NCBI GenBank assembly: GCA_963718565.1
Contig: OY970364.1
Coordinates: forward strand, 1,376,001 to 1,440,000
Length of the DNA stretch: 64,000 bases
DNA from: an uncultured Verrucomicrobiae bacterium
GTDB taxonomy: Bacteria; Chlamydiota; Chlamydiia; Chlamydiales; Rhabdochlamydiaceae
Direction of reading: 5' to 3'
The position numbers were made by a program, and so were the translations under genes. Numbering within the stretch: position 1 is the first letter of the stretch; every line of letters starts with the position of its first letter. Positions 59,081 to 64,000 of this stretch are shown in pieces. The notes beneath the pieces were generated by a model. That model saw only the letters and a list, made by a program, of their open reading frames with translations. It was not told the origin of the DNA and searched no databases.

Positions 59081-60618
59081 AAAGTCTAGAGCTACTTGCA
59101 AAAATGCGCGCCAGCAGAAAATCGATGATTTTGGCATCTATTTTAATGAGCTTGCTTGCTACGCCGCTGATTGCAAACACTCCCGAGCTCCCCGAAGCGG
59201 GATCACTCTCTTCAGCGGATGCGAGCTATGACGGGAATTCTCTTGTGCTGACAGGCCATGTCGTTCTCGATCACGGCCTTGGCAAAATGACTGCTGAAGA
59301 AGCGTTGTTGGAGCGCCAAGAGGCTGGTAAAGATTTTCCCTTTTCCTTGATCCAATTGCGCAAAGATGTTCTGCTCGCCCTGAAGAATAGTGCGCAAATC
59401 TCTTGCGGAAGCGCAGAGCTCGATTTTGCGGCGCTCAAAGGAATTCTTCACCCCTCTGAAAACGGCAGGGTCATCTATACCGATCAGATCAAAAAGAAAA
59501 GAAGCTCAGAAACAAGCCCGCTAAAATTGACTGGAAAGCTCGTGCAGCTGAATTTTTTAAAACAAGCACATGAGGGGAAAAAAACGGAATACGAAATTGA
59601 CCACATTCTTGCCAAAGAGGACGTGGTCATTGATTACGCGAACGATTTCCAGCTTTACGCTGACCAAGCCCTTTACCGCAAAGAGCTTTCACCCGACTAC
59701 AAATCTTCTAAAAAAGAATTTCAAGGAATTGTCACAGCCTACCCTAAAGATGAGGAGTCTCAATGTCGACTCACCCATCAAGGGGATGAAATTTATGCCG
59801 ATACGATCGACCTCGACCTCATCAATTCCAAAATCTCCTTGCTACATCCCAAAGGTGTTTTCGCCACCGCCATTGTCCCGCAATTGCAAACAGGCGAAAT
59901 GCGCTTCCAATCCGATCACCTCTACTGGGACCAAATTAAAAATATCCTGATCTTGAAAGGTCAAATCAGCATCGACGAAAACTCTCTGGGAACCATCAAT
60001 GCAGAAGACGAGCTGCATATCTCTCAGACTTCCGTAAAAGGCAAACGTCTGCTTAAAAGCATTCACGCACAAGGTCCTTCGACGCTGATTTACAAAGATG
60101 AATATCATGTTTCCCATCGGCTCATCTCTAGCGGCTCTATTGACTTTAACCGCGACAAGCTCCGCGCGATGATCGAGAGTGTGGAAAAAGACGGCATGGT
60201 CTCTCAAGACAAGCAGCTTTATTATGAAGAAGAAGAGTTTGCTGTTTTTGCCGATACCGCTTCTCTCGAATACTCCATAGTAAGCGATGCGCTGCAACCT
60301 TCCTCTTTGACCCTCTCCGGCAATATCCGCTTGTTCTCCCATGACACGCAAAAGCCCCTGCGCTGCAGTCTTGCCGACCGACTGACCTACTCCCTGACGA
60401 CAAAGACGCTGATTCTTTCCTCAAATCCCGGTAAAAAAGTTCTCTTTTGGGATGAATCCCAAGGAATGCGCCTGAGCGCGCCTGAGGTCCATATCACTTA
60501 CGACTCAGAAACTAAACAGCAGCAAATTAAGGGCGTCGGTGCTGTTCAGTTCGCATTCACTCCAGATGAACAAAGTAAAATTCAGCAACTCCTTCCCTTA
60601 TTGAAGAAACTACCATGA
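59077..60618 (+). CDS. LptA/OstA-like periplasmic beta-rich protein
   Basis: Signal peptide; repeated AD...Y/W.....L.L.G.V/I units; coupled to lptB. Confidence 0.6.
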   Translation: MKSLELLAKMRASRKSMILASILMSLLATPLIANTPELPEAGSLSSADASYDGNSLVLTGHVVLDHGLGKMTAEEALLERQEAGKDFPFSLIQLRKDVLLALKNSAQISCGSAELDFAALKGILHPSENGRVIYTDQIKKKRSSETSPLKLTGKLVQLNFLKQAHEGKKTEYEIDHILAKEDVVIDYANDFQLYADQALYRKELSPDYKSSKKEFQGIVTAYPKDEESQCRLTHQGDEIYADTIDLDLINSKISLLHPKGVFATAIVPQLQTGEMRFQSDHLYWDQIKNILILKGQISIDENSLGTINAEDELHISQTSVKGKRLLKSIHAQGPSTLIYKDEYHVSHRLISSGSIDFNRDKLRAMIESVEKDGMVSQDKQLYYEEEEFAVFADTASLEYSIVSDALQPSSLTLSGNIRLFSHDTQKPLRCSLADRLTYSLTTKTLILSSNPGKKVLFWDESQGMRLSAPEVHITYDSETKQQQIKGVGAVQFAFTPDEQSKIQQLLPLLKKLP

Positions 60619-61433
60619 GCCAAAAAACCTCTCCCTTACGTTCCATCCATCAAACGCTACCCAAGCAACTTGCGCCGCGCCCAACGCTTAAAAGCCCTAC
60701 CCCCTCCACTGCACCACTGCTTAAAGCCGATCATTTAGTCAAAGTCTATGGCGGCAAACCTGTTGTCAACGGACTGAGTTTACAAGTGGGCAAGGGAGAG
60801 GTCGTCGGACTGCTCGGTCCCAATGGAGCAGGCAAAACCACTGCCTTCTATATGACGATCGGACTGATCAAGCCAGACTCGGGAAAAGTGTTTTTCAATG
60901 GTCAAGAAGTCACGCATCTTCCCATCCACGAGCGCGCAAAAATGGGAATGGGGTATCTCGCTCAAGAGCCTTCCGTGTTTCGTCAGTTGACAGTGGAAGA
61001 CAACCTCAACTGTATTCTTGAAACTCTTGATTGTTCTTCAGAAGAGAGAAAAAGCCGTTTGCACACACTTCTCGGCGAGCTTCATTTGACGCCGCTCGCC
61101 AAAAAGAAGGCGAGCAGCCTCTCAGGAGGAGAACGTCGCCGCCTCGAGATCACCCGAGCCTTGATCATCCAGCCCTCTCTTTTGCTGCTCGACGAGCCGT
61201 TTGCCAATATCGATCCGCTGGCAGTGAACGACGTCAAAACGATGATTCGCCATCTCAAAAGCAAAGGAATCAGCGTGCTGATCACCGATCACAACGCCCG
61301 AGAAATTTTCTCGATCGTCGACCGCAGCTATCTCATCCGCGAAGGCAAAGTCTTGCTCTCCGGAACCGTCCACGAACTCTTAGACAATCCAGAAGCACGA
61401 TCCTCTTACTTCGGTCAAGATTTTAAATTGTGA
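60615..61433 (+). CDS. lptB: LPS export ABC ATPase LptB
   Basis: GPNGAGKTT, GYLAQEPSVFR, LSGGERRRLEI, DEPFA, ITDHN. Confidence 0.95.
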   Translation: MSQKTSPLRSIHQTLPKQLAPRPTLKSPTPSTAPLLKADHLVKVYGGKPVVNGLSLQVGKGEVVGLLGPNGAGKTTAFYMTIGLIKPDSGKVFFNGQEVTHLPIHERAKMGMGYLAQEPSVFRQLTVEDNLNCILETLDCSSEERKSRLHTLLGELHLTPLAKKKASSLSGGERRRLEITRALIIQPSLLLLDEPFANIDPLAVNDVKTMIRHLKSKGISVLITDHNAREIFSIVDRSYLIREGKVLLSGTVHELLDNPEARSSYFGQDFKL

Positions 61434-62287
61434 ACTTCAAAAACCCTAGGCTGTGTGTACCAATTTTCTATCTCTTGAATTTTTTTGAGTAAATCTTGAG
61501 CAGCGGCAGAGTAAGCATGAGATTTAGGAACTTTGTCTAGACTTTCTCGGGCCTTAGAATAATCTTTTAATGCCATAAAGCAATGAGCTAAACAGATCTG
61601 CACACCCGCATAATTCTCATTAGATTCGGGCACCCGATTCAAGTGATCCACAGCCATGGAATAATTCTTTTGCTGATAACAGAACCGACCTAGATAAGCT
61701 TGATTATCCGAAAAAGAGTGATGAGTTTCTGTAACATTGGCAAAGCAGTTCGCAGCGTTTGCAATCTCCCTTTTTTGGACATAACAAAGACCGCTAACAA
61801 ATTGCGCATCCTCAAAATTGGAATTGGAAACAGGGACTTTGCTCAACATGTCAATTGCCGCTGAAAAATGCTGTTTTCCATAATAATTAAGGCCTACAAA
61901 ATAGTATCCATTTTCAAAGTATCGCATAGCGATATTAAAATTATCGTTCATCCCCTCTTCTCGCCCAAAAGAAGAAGTAACAGGTTGACCCATTGAAGGC
62001 CGACTTGCTTGAGATAAAGGATGCAAAGCCAAAATGTTTTCGAGAGCTCGATTGATCGTGTTCTGATTTTTAGAGATTTGATTGACCTCTGTTTGTAATT
62101 GGCCCACCTTTAATCGTAATTTGCTCACTTCTTTGTGTAGCGCGGTAATCTCAGGAAGTTTTTGCTGAAAGACCGAGGAGGAAGTATTGAGTTTCTCAGA
62201 ACTTCCTACTTTTTGTATTTTTGTGTCAGGTAGTACCTTAACGACAGGTACAAAGGATGATTCTCTTTCGATCGATTTTATGCTCAT
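61415..62287 (-). CDS. Coiled-coil plus TPR-repeat protein
   Basis: Four ~36-aa repeats (A...L.KVP.S...Y..AQ..LG.CY). Confidence 0.8.
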   Translation of the reverse strand: MSIKSIERESSFVPVVKVLPDTKIQKVGSSEKLNTSSSVFQQKLPEITALHKEVSKLRLKVGQLQTEVNQISKNQNTINRALENILALHPLSQASRPSMGQPVTSSFGREEGMNDNFNIAMRYFENGYYFVGLNYYGKQHFSAAIDMLSKVPVSNSNFEDAQFVSGLCYVQKREIANAANCFANVTETHHSFSDNQAYLGRFCYQQKNYSMAVDHLNRVPESNENYAGVQICLAHCFMALKDYSKARESLDKVPKSHAYSAAAQDLLKKIQEIENWYTQPRVFEVHNLKS

Positions 62288-62357
62288 TTTTTCTCCACAA
62301 GATGTTCACATTAAAAGAGCGAGCAAGCTTAAGGTAAACATTAATTGTTGGCTAGTC

Positions 62358-63440
62358 TCAAATCACTTCGTCCATTGCAGAGAGAATTGACTGAATAGGC
62401 ATAGAAAAAAGACAGTCGCTCATCTTGCTCCCGCCGCATCCATCTTGATAACAAGGTCTGCACGAGAACTTCTGCGCGACGACCCGAGCTCTAGGGTGCA
62501 TCCATGGTCCCCAATTTTGCTCTGAGGTCGGACCAAACAGCGCGACGACAGCTGTTTTTAAGGCTGAAGCAATATGGAGTGGAACGGAATCGACGCAGAT
62601 TAAGGCTTTGGCGCTTTGAATCAATGCGGAGAGCTCCTTCAACGTCAACTTCCCGGCACAATTCAACACGGGAACGCCTGGTGCGAGTGCGAGGATTTCT
62701 TCAACCATTGCAATCTCTTGAAGGTCAGGTCCTGCGGACAAGACAACGCGCATCCCTTTTTTGTGTAACATTGTGAGCAATTGCGCAATTTGTTTTGTCG
62801 CAAGGCATTTAAAACGCCAGCGGGAAACAGGATGAATTAAAATATAATTGCCGATCTGAATCTCTTCTTTCTCGAGAAGGTTGGCAATGTTACTTTTTGC
62901 CCCTTCAGGCACGTGCAGGAATAGATCCTGTTCTTCAGGGCCTGGAAAAATGCCGATGCGTCGCAACACATCCATGTGACGCTCGACTGCATGGCGTGGA
63001 TGCGGACAATCCTTGACAATGTGTGTATAAATCTTGTGTTTGCCGAAAAGGCCTGACTTGTTTGGGTCGAACCCTACGCGATAAGGACTGCCTGAAACAA
63101 GAGCAGCAATTGCTCCGCGGTCACCCTCTGTCAAATTGATGACTAGGTCGTAACCTCGGGAGCGAATTTCTTTTAAAAGACTGACTTCTTTAGTGAGTTT
63201 TTTGAAGACTGAAAGTTTTTTCCAATCGCGATCGTACAGCAAATAATCTGCGATGGCGGGATGTCCTTGAAGCATTGGCAAGGTGTCTTTGTAAATGAAG
63301 GCATCCACTTGGGCATTGGGAATAACCTTTTTTAAATGGGAAAACAAGGGAGAGGTCAATAAGACATCGCCATGGTGGCGCATCTTGATGATCAGGATAC
63401 GTTTCACTGTGCTCAAATCAGGATAATTACCGTACGTCAT
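62358..63440 (-). CDS. rfaQ: Glycosyltransferase family 9, RfaQ/WaaQ-like LPS heptosyltransferase
   Basis: ILIIKMRHHGDVLL, INLTEGDRGA, IHPVSRWRFK, VDSVPLHIASAL, LFGPT. Confidence 0.85.
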   Translation of the reverse strand: MTYGNYPDLSTVKRILIIKMRHHGDVLLTSPLFSHLKKVIPNAQVDAFIYKDTLPMLQGHPAIADYLLYDRDWKKLSVFKKLTKEVSLLKEIRSRGYDLVINLTEGDRGAIAALVSGSPYRVGFDPNKSGLFGKHKIYTHIVKDCPHPRHAVERHMDVLRRIGIFPGPEEQDLFLHVPEGAKSNIANLLEKEEIQIGNYILIHPVSRWRFKCLATKQIAQLLTMLHKKGMRVVLSAGPDLQEIAMVEEILALAPGVPVLNCAGKLTLKELSALIQSAKALICVDSVPLHIASALKTAVVALFGPTSEQNWGPWMHPRARVVAQKFSCRPCYQDGCGGSKMSDCLFSMPIQSILSAMDEVI

Positions 63441-63450
63441 ACAAGTCCTT

Positions 63451-63661
63451 TTATTCAAGTGTGCCTGCTTTCCTTACAAAAGAGCAATCGTGCTCTTTTG
63501 TAAGTGTCCGCAGCACCGCCGCATGCGCTGGCTCAAATTCAGGGCGCCCTCCGGGCCCGGTTCGCTTTGCTCACCTGCTCCTCTTTGAAAATATCCACTG
63601 GACATTTTCAAAGTATCCGCAGCCTTGTCAAATTCCCAAATCTTGAATTCATTTCGGTATA
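63451..63661. mobile_element. Chimeric family B/A element
   Basis: B-type right arm and TIR plus the A-type module GGCCCGGTTCGCTTTGCTCACCTGCT. Confidence 0.8.
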
Positions 63662-63771
63662 AAAAATGCAGTCTAAATATAGGGCGCTCTGTTATCAAGC
63701 GAAAGTTTTATTAATGGGTCTGGGCGTTTTGTTCTGACTTTACAAGCCGCTCAATTCATACTTCCTCGGAG

Positions 63772-63888
63772 ACCTGTGGCAAGCACTGAATGTCATTTGG
63801 ATCCATGCCTGATTGAGATCGATAAATGCAAAGCCTGGCATGGATCCAAATGACATTCAGTGCTTGCCATAGGTTTTTGAGGACGTAC
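63772..63888. repeat. Family I palindromic element
   Basis: ~38-bp IR ACCTGTGGCAAGCACTGAATGTCATTTGGATCCATGCC / GGCATGGATCCAAATGACATTCAGTGCTTGCCATAGGT. Confidence 0.85.
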
Positions 63889-63973
63889 AAAATTTTCTCC
63901 CATTCGCATTTCCTCGATGAGATTAATTTAGCGGATTCTTATAATTATCACTGTTCACAATTGGAGTTTTCTT

Positions 63974-64000
63974 ATGACAAAAGAACAAACACTTTCAATC
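63974..64000 (+). CDS. ndk: Probable nucleoside diphosphate kinase (first 9 codons only)
   Basis: GGAG RBS, then MTKEQTLSI, matching the NDK start EQTLSIIKPD; very little sequence available. Confidence 0.55.

Overview
Chromosomal window from an environmental Chlamydiota-type bacterium. This is inferred from conserved gene order (yidD-LysM-pheT-MORN protein, trhO/rpsD/murJ/nfo, rluD-khpA, kdsA-lptC/A/B-like) and a CdsC-like secretin. The left 26 kb is mostly accessory: a >1293-aa Gly-rich autotransporter running off the window, tRNA-Leu(GAG), an AbiEi/AbiEii pair, a four-repeat retropepsin-like protein, three small secreted poly-Gly peptides, gene relics and a truncated IS66-like transposase. 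The most interesting locus is a ~12-kb block at 12.5-24.5 kb. It holds a minimal AT-less NRPS(A-T)/PKS(KS-ACP-TE) pair, a methyltransferase, an MFS transporter and two orphan OppA-like proteins, one lacking a signal peptide and carrying a ~465-aa N-terminal extension. The block is bracketed by the RMD1 3' end and an inverted copy of it that differs only at synonymous sites. The rest is mostly housekeeping, densely colonised by several families of ~160-260-bp palindromic ERIC/MITE-like elements. These donate stop codons, insert in frame into genes, sit in the rpsD leader, recombine with each other and collapse into short palindromes. A promoter-to-terminator sRNA candidate lies at 39.6-39.8 kb. 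All calls come from manual motif reading; no searches were run.
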